In this document: in pieces, positions 37,833 to 50,732 of the stretch | How the letters are laid out: the number at the start of each line of letters is the position of its first letter | Numbering within the stretch: position 1 is the first letter of the stretch | Assembly: GCF_006345805.1 (NCBI RefSeq) | Contig: NC_043010.1 | Coordinates: forward strand, 60,512,001 to 60,576,000 | Origin: Octopus sinensis | Lineage: Eukaryota | DNA length: 64,000 nt | Reading direction: 5' to 3' | Notes under the pieces: generated by a model | Databases searched by the model: none | Told to the model about the DNA's origin: nothing | The model's input: only the letters and a program-made list of their open reading frames with translations | Translations under genes and position numbers: made by a program

Positions 37833-38970
37833 TAGATGTTCCATGACTATTGTTAAATGATTCTCTCACACACCAAATCTTATACAATACTTTATATTCA
37901 TGTAAAAATATCAACTCTATGTTTCTTCACACGTCACACTTAAAGAGCCTACCTGTGGCATCCATTATACTGCTAATTTACATCTCTGATTCATTAACTA
38001 TCACAAAGTCCCTACCCTACTTACCATAATCCACTATTATAAAATAGTAATTTTCCTCTCAGTCTTAGTATAGACATTTCACTAAACATAGGTAAATTTG
38101 TTTGAGCCATCTTAGAATGTTTAGTTGTTGTGTCTTTTGGTTTGATATCAATTCTACCATAAATTACAATATTCCACTTTTGGTTTCTCCTCTTCTTTTA
38201 TGTTTAGTGTGTATTGAATTTTACTAATTACTAATGAATATAAATATAGGTAATTACTAGTTAATATAAGTATAGGTAATTGTTAGCTCCCATAACATCC
38301 AATAATGTACTGTTACCTATATTGGTAAAGCTGTCAATTCATTTTTGAAGTTTTCTTAGAAATTCTAAAAGTTTCATATTTTATTATGTATAAAGTAAAG
38401 TAAGTATCAGAAAATCGTGTTTTTTTTAATTTTTAGCACAAAAATACTTTTGTTTCTCCTAATTTACTTAGTTTACAGTTTATCTAATCTTGTAAACTCC
38501 TTAAATTATGAAATCTTTGAAGACTTCTTTTAAAATCAATTTCCTTCTGATAGAAATCCTGAAAATGTATTCTCATAGTGAAGTTAATAATAACCCATTA
38601 AATATCAAGAAATATTATAAATCTCATATTTTAATACAAATCTCTTATTTCCTAGCATTAGATATATAAATTTATTGTTTTTATTAAATAGAAAAAGTGA
38701 TGTTGCCTCTGTTTAACATGAATTCTGTTGTTTGATGTGTTTGTGTGACACAGACATCATTGCAGTAATTTCCTATTGGATGAGAGAGATTTTCTATATT
38801 TCTTTCAATATTGAAAGTGAGGCTGATAGCTTTTTTCTTTGTTCATCATACACGCAATTGTGTGTGTGTGTGTGTGTGTGGAGGACATAGAGTTGTAACT
38901 AGCACACACCAGCATCTGGCTAACATCTCACCTCCCACTACATACAGCAACTGTCACACTATTATATCAG

Positions 38971-39298
38971 CAGTTACACAGGAACAGCAGCAGCAGTAAC
39001 ACAGGAGCACTACTACAACAGCAGCAGTACCACTATAATACCACTACAGCAGCAGCAGTTGGAGTGGAACACTACAGCAGGATACACATCATCCATCACA
39101 CACAACTACAGTGAAGAATTAAACAATGCAGGTAAGTCTCTCTCTCTCTCTCTCTCTCTCTTTATTATCTTTTCATATTCATTATAACATTTATATTATT
39201 TGTGTTTCTAATGAAAGACAGGGTAAGGATAATATCTAAAATGTCTGCCATGTTGTATATATACAGGGACTGGGACAGTGGAGGATTGAGAGATCTAG
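38971..39298 (+). CDS. U5 putative exons 4 (38971-39131) and 5 (39267-39298; CGA>TGA at 39287)
   Basis: Conserved donor and acceptor; exon 4 is 12 nt shorter in its CAG runs. Confidence 0.4.
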
Positions 39299-39764
39299 CC
39301 ATCACTTCCACCATTAACAACACAACTGCAGTAGTCATTGTAATACAATTACTTCAAACTGCATTACATTTTTTAGTGTCAGAATCAAACATGAAACATT
39401 ATACAAGATATTTTAAACTATATATATTGCTAAAATATGTTTTATATATAATATTTATATTATATTGTTCAAACTATGTGTATATATATTTATTTCACTG
39501 ACAGAAATCATGAGATTGATAGCCAAAAAGACTGGATGATAATAATGTATGTCAATATATTTTATATCTATTTTGTTGTAATAATTCACTGATTAAGTCT
39601 TAATCTTTCTCTACCTTCAATGAACACTAACAGATCACTAATATCCCTATAGATAGATAGATTGATAGAATACAGATAGATACATACAGATATATTCTGT
39701 TAAGAGTTTATGTCTTTTTTAGTATATAATAAACCAAGAATGTTTTGTTATTATTATTATTAAG

Positions 39765-39966
39765 AAGGTGAGCTGGCAGAATTATTATCACACCAGTCGA
39801 AATGCTTATGTTCTGAGTTCAGATTTCACTGGGGTCGACTTTGCCTTTCATCCCTTCGGTGGTCGATAAAATAAGTACCAGTGAAATACTGGGGTCAGCG
39901 TAATCAACTATTCCCCGTCTCCAAATATCAGGCCTTGTGCCTATAGTAGAAAGGATTATTATTATT
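39765..39966 (+). mobile_element. tRNA-derived SINE
   Basis: GGTGAGCTGGCAGAA head, gtcgactttgcctttcatcc body, (ATT)n tail. Confidence 0.85.
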
Positions 39967-40237
39967 AAGTGAATGGTATTTCAGCATCTAGTGTACCTTT
40001 CACAGGTTCAAAAAATAAACATGTCAATCTACTTCATTTTTGGTAATATTTTATAGGATTGCGGTAACTCCTCTAGTAGGTATACAGAAGCAAAGTTTAT
40101 TTTTTGAACTTGTGGAAGTCACACTAGATGCAGAAATATTGTTCACTTGATAACAATAGCACTCTTCTTATTTTTACTTCTGTATACATACTGGAGGACT
40201 TACCTCAATCCTATAAATTATTATTATTATTATTATT

Positions 40238-40823
40238 CAGTAGTTTTATTTTTATAGCGTGCTTTCACTTCACTACCGAGTACAGCTGTGTGTGCTTTGG
40301 GTATGTGCTGTGGTTTGTTGTGATGCTCTGATGGTTACTGTATGGAAAGTGTTTAGCATAGGATGTGTGCAGTGCCCAGTAGTGCAATTTTCTGTATGTT
40401 ATATATATTTGTAAGTCCTGATGTTTTTGTTATGTATTTGTCTGAATATCTTTTTATCATACTTAATGCGCTGACTATGATAGGAATTGTTTCTGCTTTT
40501 AGATTCCACATTCGAGTTACCTCTGTTTCCAGGTCTTTGCATTTTGAAAGTTTCTCCATTTCTTTTACAGAAACATTGTCATCTGCTGGTATTGATACAT
40601 CAATTAGAAAACATTTTTTTCTTCATGATCTCTGATAACTATATCTGGCCTATTGGCCTTAATTTCTTTATCTGTGTGTATTGGCATATCCCAGCGTATG
40701 GTTGCTTTCTCGTTTTCTGTGACCTTTTCTGGTGTGTGTCTATACCATCTTTTTTCTGTTGTTATTCCATAGTGTTGGCATAGCTTCCAGTGTATGTAGG
40801 TCCCAACTCTGTCGTATCTGTGA
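40238..40823 (-). mobile_element. 3' fragment of an RLE-type non-LTR retrotransposon (R4/Dong-like) inside a (TAA)n tract
   Basis: Minus translation YIHWKLCQHYG...WYRHTPEKV.EN...WDMPIHTD..IKANRPDIVI...LIDVSIP...QKIALLGTAHIL (restriction-like endonuclease domain); (ATT)n on both sides. Confidence 0.85.
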
Positions 40824-40826
40824 ATA

Positions 40827-40869
<43 letters not shown>

Positions 40870-42434
40870 CTATTCAGATGACAATAAATATAATTTAGTA
40901 TAATTTTGTTATTTAAGATATTTTGTGTGATATATAAAATGATGATAGTGTCATGTTTTATTAAAATATATTAATTCTGACAATCGATGATTGTAGATTT
41001 TTTTTTTTTTTGAGAATTGATCAGAAATAATATCATCGTCTTTCTTCAAACTACAGACATCATATTATAGTTGTTCCTTACTAAATGTAACATAGCAAAA
41101 GTATTTTACATGTATAAAATCTACATATTATATGAAAATAGGGATTAAATTAATTTGATAAGAAAGAGATCCACATATTTTATGAAGATAATTATATTTT
41201 TCCATCATCAACATTCACTCCACCATTTTCTAATCTCAATCATTCTATCTAGTAAAAGATATCTTTGTGAAATATTTCCACATAATTTTATAAACTATTC
41301 TGTCATCATCATTTAACATCTGTTTTCTATGCTGGCATGGGTGGGTAGGTTACTTTGACTGATCTCCCCATTTCAGATATGCTCTCCAAGCATGGATCTT
41401 TCCATGACCCTTTGTTGTCTCATAGCTAATTGATATTCTTCCCCCTCCATTGTACCTCATGTCTTATTTGCATATACATGTTCAGCTAGGTCAATGCTAT
41501 TGAAGAGACAGGCTTGTAGAGGTTTGTCCAGTTTTGTTATCAAAGTAAATACCTTCCATCTTATCTTCATACTCCTTGAGATTTCAACATCCATGCCTGT
41601 GACACATTTCCATTTCATACACCAAATAGATCTACTCCTTTAGCTCCTCAAGTTTTTTTGCTTCCCACCTCTATTCAGTCTTGTCCTTCATTTTCAGACG
41701 GCATGGATTTTGTTTTCATGGAGTTCATTTTCAGGTTTTTTTTTTTTTTTTCGTGTTTTCATGTAGTTCATTCTTCAAAAAAAAACTATATGAGTTTATT
41801 TCAATATCTGTAGACAATATAGTGAAATAAAAGGTGAATAGACATGCAAAAATATTTACTATCTGAATTTGTTTTTAATTTATTGCGGTCTCTGCTAAAA
41901 CACATCTTGCAAAAAAATGTATCTTTATTGTATTTGCAAGATATTTATTTCCATTATAAATATATAAAGATATATTATCCTCTCTTCCAACCTCTGTAGT
42001 GCTTGTGCCATGGCAAAATGTACCCAGCACTCTCTGTAAGTAAACCATAAGCTTTATTTATGTTATTTACATTTGACGGATATTTGTCCTCATCTTCTTT
42101 CTGGTTAACACGTTTCAGCTGGTATACCCCCCAGCCTTCATCAGGTGTCTTGAGGAAAGAAGGCTGGAGATTATATCAGCCAAATCGTTGTATTAACAAC
42201 AAAGATGGGGAAAAATATCTGTCAAATGTAAATAATGTACATAATTTCTCATCTCTTAAATATCATCATCATCATCATCATCGTTTAGCGTCCGCTTTCC
42301 ATGCTAGCATGGGTTGGACGGGTCAACTGGGGTCTGTGAAGCTGGAAGGCTTCGTCAGACCCAGTCAGATCTGGCAGTGTTTCTACGGCTGGATGCCCTT
42401 CCTAACGCCAACCACTCCGCGAGTGTAGTGGGTG

Positions 42435-43215
42435 TTTTTTACGTGCCACCTGCACAGGTGCCAGACAGAGCTGGCGAACGGATGGTGCTTTTACGTGTCA
42501 CCGGCACGGGGCCAGGCGATGCTGGCAACGGACACGAACGGATGGTGCTTTTACGTGCCACCGACACGGGGCCAGACAGAGCTGGCAACCGGCCACGAAA
42601 GGACAGTGCTTTTACGTGTCACCGGCACGGGGGCCAGCCGAGGCTGGCAACGGACGCGAACGGATGGTGCTTTTATGTGCCACCGACACAGTTGCCAGAC
42701 AGAGCTGGCAAACGGCCACGAACGGACGGTGCTTTTACGTGTCACCGGCACGGTGCCAGGCGAGGCTGGCAACGAACACGAACGGATGGTGCTTTTACGT
42801 GCCACCGACACGGGGCCAGACAGAGCTGGCAACCGGCCACGAACGGACAGTGCTTTTACGTGTCACCGGCATGGGGGCCAGCCGAGGCTGGCAACAGACG
42901 CGAACGGATGGTGCTTTTACGTGCCACCGACACAGTTGCCAGACAGAGCTGGCAAACGGCCACGAACGGATGGTGCTTTTACGTGCCACCGACACGGGGC
43001 CAGACAGAGCTGGCAAACGGCCACGAACGGACGGTGCTTTTACGTGTCACCGGCACGGTGCCAGGCGAGGCTGGCAACGAACACGAATGGATGGTGCTTT
43101 TACGTGCCACCGACACGGGGCCAGGCAGAGCTGGCAAACGGCCACGAGCGAATGGTGCTTTTACGTATCACCGGCACGGGTGCCAGACGAGGCTGACAGC
43201 GGACACGAACGGATG
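42435..43215. repeat. ~60-bp minisatellite (about 13 units) in the LINE 3'UTR
   Basis: Unit GAACGGATGGTGCTTTTACGTG(T/C)CACCG(G/A)CAC...GCCAG...GCTGGCAA; two alternating unit types. Confidence 0.95.
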
Positions 43216-43263
43216 GGTCACTTAACCCCTGCTTTCTGATATATGATTTGATTTTGATTGTTC

Positions 43264-45239
43264 TCACTGGTCTTGCTGGGTCTTCTCACGCACAGCATAC
43301 TTCCATAGGTCTCGGTCTCTGGTCATTTCCTTGGTGAGACCTAGAGTTCGAAGGTCGTGCTTCACCACCTCGACCCAGGTTTTCCTGGGTCTACCTCTTC
43401 CACAGGTCCCCTCAACTGCCAGGGTGTGGCACTTTTTCACACACCTATCTTCATCCATTCTCACCACATGACCATACCAGCGCAATCGTCTCTCTTGCAC
43501 ACAACATCTGATTCCTCTTAGGTCCAACTTTTCTCTCAAGGTACTTACACTCTGTCGACTATGAACACTGACATTACACATCCAACGGAGCATACTAGCT
43601 TCATTTCTTGCGAGCTTACGCATGTCCTCAGCAGTCACGGCCCATGTTTCACTGCCATGTAGCATGGCTGTTCGTACACATGCATCATACAGTCTGCCTT
43701 TTACTCTGAGCGAGAGGCCTTTAGTCACCAACAGAGGTAAGAGCTCCCTAAACTTTGCCCAGGCTATTGTTACTCTAGCCGTTACACTTTCAGCACACCC
43801 ACCCCCACTACTGACTTGGTCACCAAGATAACGGAAGCTATCAACTACTTCTAGTTTTTCCCCCTGGAGAGTGACGGAAGTTGTTTTCTGCAGATTTTCA
43901 GAGGTTAATGCTCCCGAGCATCTGCCACATACAAAAACCATCTTCCTAGTTAGCCTTCCTATGACATTGCTGCACCTCTTATGTGTCCATAGCTTACACT
44001 TGGTGCATCTTATAGAGTTTCTACCTACACCTTTTCTACAGATCGAGCAGGGCCATCTACCTGAAGGCGTTTGTGATTTGTCTACCTTCCTACTTATTAG
44101 GACTTTGGTTTTAGCTAGGTTGACTCTAAGGCCCTTCGATTCTAAACCATGCTTCCACACCTGAAACTTCTTCTCCAGTTCTGATAATGACTCAGCAATT
44201 AGAGCAAGGTCATCAGCATAGAGGAGCTCCCAGGGGCATCCTGTCTTGAATTCCTCCGTTATTGCCTGGAGGACTATGATAAATAGGAGGGGGCTGAGGA
44301 CTGAGCCTTGGTGGACCCCTACCTCTACCCGGAATTCTTCACTGTACTCATTTCCAACCCTCACCTTACTAGCAGCGTCCCTGTACATGGCTTGCACAGC
44401 TCTCACTAACCATTCATCTATTCCTAGTTTCCTCATTGACCACCATATGAGGGATCGGGGGACCCTGTCGAAGGCTTTCTCCATGTCAACAAAAGCCAGG
44501 TACAGGGCCTTATCTTTGGCTAGGTATTTCTCCTGCAGCTGCCTTACCAGGAATATAGCATCAGTGGTACTTTTCCCTGGCACGAAACCAAACTGCATCT
44601 CATCTAAACTAACTCTCTCTCTAATTAGTTGGCTTATGACCCTCTCTGTAACCTTCATCACCTGATCCAACAGCTTGATACCTCTGTAATTATTTGTATC
44701 TAGGGCATCACCTTTACCTTTGTAGCAGTTGACTATTATGCTGCTACACCAGTCATTGGGTATGACTCCTTCATGTATCACCTGATTAACTATACAGGTG
44801 ACTAGGCTATAGCCGACACTACCAGATATTTGAGCATCTCTGCAGTGATACCTGATGGGCCTGGGGCTTTCCCTGTCTTCATGCTTCTAATTGCCTTAGC
44901 TACTAAGGAACTATCAACCCTGATAGCTGGTCCCTCTGTTGGGTCAATGTTCGGCAGACTCTCTTTATCCCATTCATTTTCTTTATTCAGCAACCTTTCA
45001 TAGTGGCATCTCCAAGCCTCTCTTTTTGCATCCTCGTTTAGCGCAAGTGAACCATCTTCCATGCGAACACACTTTTCTCCCACCACATCACAATTCTCTC
45101 TCACACACTGTCTTGCAACGCGAAACACCTCCAGTCTTTGGTCCTCACGGCGCAGAACATTGGCAAATTTTTTCTTATCTGCTTCCCCTCTGGCTAGATA
45201 GACCTGTCTCCTAGCTTCCCTTTTAGCAGTCTGATACAA
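43264..45239 (-). CDS. LINE reverse transcriptase ORF (43264-44781 joined to 44802-45239 by one frameshift near 44830)
   Basis: GKAPGPSGITAEML, NYRGIKLL, QFGFVPGKSTTDAIF, FVDMEKAFDRV, GVHQGSVLSPLLF, YADDLAL, FRYLG; Cys-rich C..C...C..C..W.H..C..C..C insert. Confidence 0.93.
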
Positions 45240-45747
45240 TTCCCTGCTACCACCAATATAGAACTGTATAAACCATAAGCTGTTAAGAATATAGATTTAG
45301 AAATTATGGCAAGTGAAGTGTGTTCCCCTGACTACGTGTAGGAAGGTAGCCACTCCAACTGGTTCCATTAACTTCCGTAGAAAAATACTTGACTGAACTC
45401 TATCAATATATATTTTTAATTCAACATTGAACTTCTAGCAGTTCTATATTGAAACTATCGTGGAATGTCAGGTACTTTGGTCTTTACTGTTCCCTGTTTT
45501 TTCTTTCCTGTCATCCATTCGGCCACCACATCACACCCAAGATGTAACTGTCATCAGAAGAGAAAAGTTGACACATTTTGAGTAGTTCTGATGAATCTAA
45601 AGGTATATATTTGGAGATAGAAATAATGTTTAGACTGCAGTTTTTGCTTTTATGCCTTATTTTGTTTTAATTCTACATAAGCTTTAAATATTTTTGTTGT
45701 CTTTTATAGCAATTTCTCCTGCTGAAATGTGATGAAGAATTCCAGAC

Positions 45748-48147
45748 ATGACAGCATATATTGGTCTACTGTGTCTTCTACATTTACTGATCACCCTTGT
45801 ACTGTCCATAGATATTACATACCATGTCAATGAAGAAGGCAGACCTCACACCTACATAGGAGAAGTTGCTGTTGACTCCAACTTATCACATCCTCTCACA
45901 CATCAACAACACACTCTCATTACATTTACACAACTACAAAGGACAGTCGAGAGTGGTTCTCACTTATTTAATGTCACCAACTCAGGAAAACTATACACTA
46001 CTCAGACACTGGATGCTGAGTCTCTGTGTACGTACAACAGGGAATGTTCCAGAACAGTTAAAGTAGCAGTGAGGAAAGAAGAAGCATTTATGAAAATTCT
46101 CAAAATAAAAATATTAATAGAAGACATCAATGACCATTCTCCAGAATTTCCACAGAATGAAGTTGAAATTGAATTTTCTGAAATAGGTAGAAAAGGAGAT
46201 AAAATACCTCTTCTAAATGCCATTGATAAAGATATTTCAATACAAAATTCTCAAATTACATATATGATTAAGAAAAGTAAAAGAGAACCATTTTCTCTCT
46301 CAGTTGAAAAGCGTTATGATGGTGTTTACATACCTACTCTAGTTCTAGGAGATAAATTAGACAGGGAACTTAAAGACTCATATATGTTGACCCTGGAAGC
46401 TAAAGATGGAGGGAACCCTCCCAAAACAGCTACACTCAAGGTACACATATCTGTAACAGATGTCAATGATAACGTACCTGTATTTTCCCAGAAAGTCTAC
46501 AACATCTCAATAAATAATTCACATCAAAGACATTTACCAATTCTTACTTTAAAAGCCACAGATCAAGATTCTGGAGACAATGGAAAGATTTCTTATCATT
46601 TCAACCATAAAACATCTCAAAATGTCCAGAAATATTTTGTTTTAGATAAGAAAACTGGAGATTTATTTTTAAATGATAATTTTCAGGTTAGTAAAAAGCA
46701 GTCTTATAAATTATTTATTGAAGCACGAGATGGAGGAAAACCTCCCCTTAGTTCTTTAACCAAAGTCCAGATTCATGTAGTCAATAATCAGAATAATGCT
46801 CCATTAATTAATATAGATTTTGTATCTCCTTTATCAGAGAGCTCAGCAGCAGTTTCAGAAGCAAGTAAAATTGGTAGTTTTATAGCTTATGTTATGGTCA
46901 CTGACACTGATAGTGGACCTAATGGTGAGGTTATCTGTGATTTAAAACATGATAAGTTTAAACTTGCCAAAATAGATTCTAAAGAATATAAAATGATTGT
47001 TAAGGGCCATCTTGACAGAGAAATAAGGGACCACTATAAAGTGTCTATTATGTGTCATGACATGGGGTCACCTCAACTAGAAAGTAAAAAATATTTCTCT
47101 GTTAAAGTAACTGATGTCAATGATGTAGAGCCACATTTTACCAAAGAGACATTCCAATTCCTCACCTATGAAAACCAGAAAGTTGACTTCCCTATTGGCT
47201 TCATCAATGCTACAGACCCAGATCTTGGAGATGGAGGCCAACTTACATATTCTATCATCAATGATAACAACAATGATAACATTCCTTTCCAACTGACAAA
47301 ATATGGATTTATTTCTACATCACAATCAATAGATCGAGAAATGAAAGACATCTATAAGTTCCAGGTTTTAGTGAAAGATAATGGAACACCTTCTCTCAAT
47401 GACACTGCCAATATTGTTATTGAGATTCTAGATAAAAATGATAATGCTCCGTATTTTACGTTTCCTAATAATGACCCTTACAATCTCGATGTCCACTACC
47501 ATCCACACAGTAAGAAGGACATCACAATTCTGAGAGCATCTGACAAAGACACTGGAAACAATGCTTTCCTCACATATGGAATACTGAGATCCAATGATAA
47601 AAACCTGTTTACAGTGAACTCACACACTGGTGTGTTATCTTTCTCTCGCACAGTTTACCAAAATGATGCAGGAACATATGAGCTGCAGTTTATAGTGAAA
47701 GACGGTGGTACTCCAGTTCAATCAGCAACAACTGCTATCATACTAACACTGTTTGTTAGTAATGATACATCTCCAATGTTGACTGCTGTGCCATTCCAGT
47801 CTGGTCACGACCTGAATATGACTTGGGTAATTATCATTGTAGCAGCAGCTGTAATACTATCTGTGGCTATTGTAGTGTCCATAACACTGTGTGTTTTCAG
47901 ATGTATTAATCACACAAATAACTCACCCACAACAGCAGAGAATCCCAACTTTCTCTCTCAGACTGAGATGAGACAATTACTGTATCAGACTAACAATCCT
48001 GTTGCAATAACGAGAAATGCAGAAGAGATATTTAACCGAAATCTTCAGACAATAAAATCTAAAAGTCAGTTTTTTCTGGAGATGGAACAGACACCAGATG
48101 AGTGGAAATTCTCAACAACACAAAGGAGACTTCCACCTGTGCCTCAG
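45748..48147 (+). CDS. Pcdh: Protocadherin U6 large exon (800 aa)
   Basis: Six cadherin repeats plus TM; acceptor 45709/45710; donor 48147/48148. Confidence 0.97.
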
Positions 48148-48374
48148 GTAAATATTATTTTATGTCTGATACCCTTTTGATTTTAAATACAAAAGTATGT
48201 TATCCATTATTCACATGTTCAAATATATTCATAAACTATCAACTTCAGATTCTCATACATATGAAAATTTCTTACTTTAATCAAAATTGATAGTTAATCT
48301 GTGACTTTGCATTAATTAATCATTATTGTCTTAATGATAGCAGAGCAGTTATAATATTTAGTATCACCTTCATA

Positions 48375-48450
48375 ATCATTGTTTAACATCCATCTTCCAT
48401 GCTGGCATAGGTTGGACGACTAGACAGGAAATGACCAGGCAGGATTCTGC
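48375..48450 (-). mobile_element. Decayed RTE-family 3'-end fragment
   Basis: tttaacatccatcttccatgctggcataggttggacg resembles the LINE 3' end. Confidence 0.6.
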
Positions 48451-48492
48451 ACCAACGCTTTATATAAGGACTGTTTTATTAGCTGTAATTTA

Positions 48493-49003
48493 ATAATAAT
48501 AATAATAATAATTGTGTACAGTGCTCAGGTGCACTACAACTCATCTAAAGTGTATATATAATCAGGTGAAGTTTCGGCGGATTTCGGAAAGCATGAGGGC
48601 CTTAAAAGATGCAGTGTCATGGCAGTCAACAACTGACGCAGGCAGTTTATTCCATGCTTCAGCAACTCTGAGCGTGAAAAAATGTTTCCGAAAGTCATGG
48701 GAGCTGTATTGTTTTCTGACTTGTAGGCATGTCCACGTGTGTTAGACACATGGAGATCAAAAAGGTGTTCAGTGTTGTTGTTGGTGAGGTGGTTGATAAC
48801 TTTGTTGGTGTTTACCAAGTCCGTCGCCAAACGCCGGAGCTTCAGTGAATCCATGCCCAGGGAAACAAGGCGCTCAGAATATGGTAGGTGTCTGATGGAG
48901 GGTATGCGTTTGGTTGCACGTCTCTGGACAGATTCCAGGAGGTCAATGTTCTGTGCAAGATAGGGGTTCCAAACTGATGATGCGAATTCCAAGTGTGGTC
49001 GTA
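48493..49003 (-). mobile_element. 3' fragment of a CR1/L2-like LINE in U6 intron 1
   Basis: Minus translation RPHLEFASSVWNP...IDLLESVQRRATKRI...YSERL..LGMDSLKLRR..DL...NTRGH; (AAT)n tail at 48493-48512. Confidence 0.88.
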
Positions 49004-49050
49004 CCTAAACTTGTATTTGATACAAGATTAATTTTTTCTATAATCCACAG

Positions 49051-49439
49051 AGATGTGATTCAATCCATAGTCAAGAACGTCGTACCAGTTCCATCATGTC
49101 TTACAACAGTGACACCTTAACATCCCAAAAGGACAGAGAAGCTAGCAAGAGTAATGGCAAGACTAAACCATATGATGAGATACCTGCAGAACCAGGTAAC
49201 TTTTATCAAAACATAACATATAAATGTAATTGCCTTTATTACTGTAGGACAATATATAATGTTATGCTTAGTGTAATACAAGATCAATGTTTCTATCTTT
49301 ATATATTGGAGTTGTTATATTGAAATGTAATTTGTGTTTGTATATTTGATATTTTGCAGAATATACCAATGACAATCCAGTTGCAGCCACAATACTAAAG
49401 GGACAACAAATACAAGATACCTATCTACAGCCAACATAG
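49051..49439 (+). CDS. Pcdh: U6 cytoplasmic exons 2 (49051-49195) and 3 (49360-49439)
   Basis: Conserved splice sites and phases. Confidence 0.85.
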
Positions 49440-50402
49440 TAGATGTTCCATGACTATTGTTAAATGATTCTCTCACACACCAAATCTTATACAATAATTT
49501 ATATTCATATAAAAATATCAACTCTATGTTTCTTTCACACATCGCACACATAAAGGGCCCACAGCATCTTACTTATGATGTATTATTTACATCTCTGATA
49601 CTTAATGTAAATATTTAAACTATATTAACATACTTTGTTAGTTTGTTTAGATTATTTTTTCATATTTATTTTCAACTTACATTTTACATGAAATGATAAT
49701 TAGCTTTTAACTTGTCATAATTTTCTTTTTCTTGAGTATACAATTATATTTCAAAAACACTGAAGGAGATTGTAGAAATAGAACTAATTCTTTTCTCACA
49801 ATTATATAGACATGATTTAGAGACTAAGCCATTTGTTTATAATGTTATTTTATGCATCATTTATTGTCATCGTTAATGATAAGATGTATTTTCTCAAATT
49901 TACAACATTGTAGCTTATTTCATTTATCTCATCCTTCTTATATTTCATCTCAAAAGTTGAGGGTTTTAGTTTAAGTTTAAAATCAATATTAGCGTCAAAT
50001 ATAATTTTGAATTTAAATAATTATAAAGATTAATTTCTAGACTAGAATATCAAATAGTTTATAACTTGAAGATAATTGGAAAATATGAAGTTTCTTTGCT
50101 TATTAATATTAAACACAAACGAAATTCTTAGCACTACAAACTGCTTTACTTCCATGTGGCTTCTTTTATTTGATGTGTTTGTGTGACACAGACATCATTG
50201 CAGTAATTTCCTATTGGATGAGAGAGATTTTCTATATTTCTTTCAATATTGAAAGTGAGGCTGATAGCTTTTTTCTTTGTTCATCATACACACAATTGTG
50301 TGTGTGTGTGTGGAGGACATAGAGTTGTAACTAGCACACACCAGCATCTGGCTAACATCTCACCTCCCACTACATACAGCAACTGTCACACTATTATATC
50401 AG

Positions 50403-50563
50403 CAGTTACACAGGAACAGCAGCAGCAGTAACACAGGAGCACTACTACAACAGCAGCAGTACCACTATAATACCACTACAGCAGCAGCAGTTGGAGTGGA
50501 ACACTACAGCAGGATACACATCATCCATCACACACAACTACAGTGAAGAATTAAACAATGCAG

Positions 50564-50595
<32 letters not shown>

Positions 50596-50732
50596 TTATT
50601 ATCTTTTCATATTCATTATAACATTTATATTATTTGAGTTTCTAATGAAAGACAGGGTAAGGATAATATCTAAAATGTCTGCCATGTTGTATATATACAG
50701 GGACTGGGACAGTGGAGGATCGAGAGATCTAG
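50403..50732 (+). CDS. U6 putative exons 4 (50403-50563) and 5 (50701-50732)
   Basis: Conserved donor and acceptor; coding status inferred. Confidence 0.45.

Larger units (their letters stand above)
42264..45254 (-). mobile_element. 5'-truncated RTE-clade LINE (~3.0 kb)
   Basis: RT ORF, GC-rich relative to the flanks, 3'UTR with minisatellite, (CAT)n tail on the + strand, AATAT at both ends. Confidence 0.93.
42054..45268. mobile_element. Penelope-like fragment (42054-42263 plus 45260-45268) split by the RTE LINE; 13-bp TSD
   Basis: TAAACCATAAGCT at 42041-42053 and 45269-45281, single-copy in the paralogous flank at about 19308-19320; inverted ~55-bp arms and CTGATGA...GAAAC motif. Confidence 0.7.

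Noticed and set aside
42435-43215. CRISPR-like repeat array
   Set aside because: No unique spacers, units are contiguous and similar along their whole length, no cas genes, eukaryotic context.
42314-43239. Long ORFs in three + frames (303, 254, 207 aa)
   Set aside because: Produced by the GC-rich, stop-poor minisatellite in the LINE 3'UTR.
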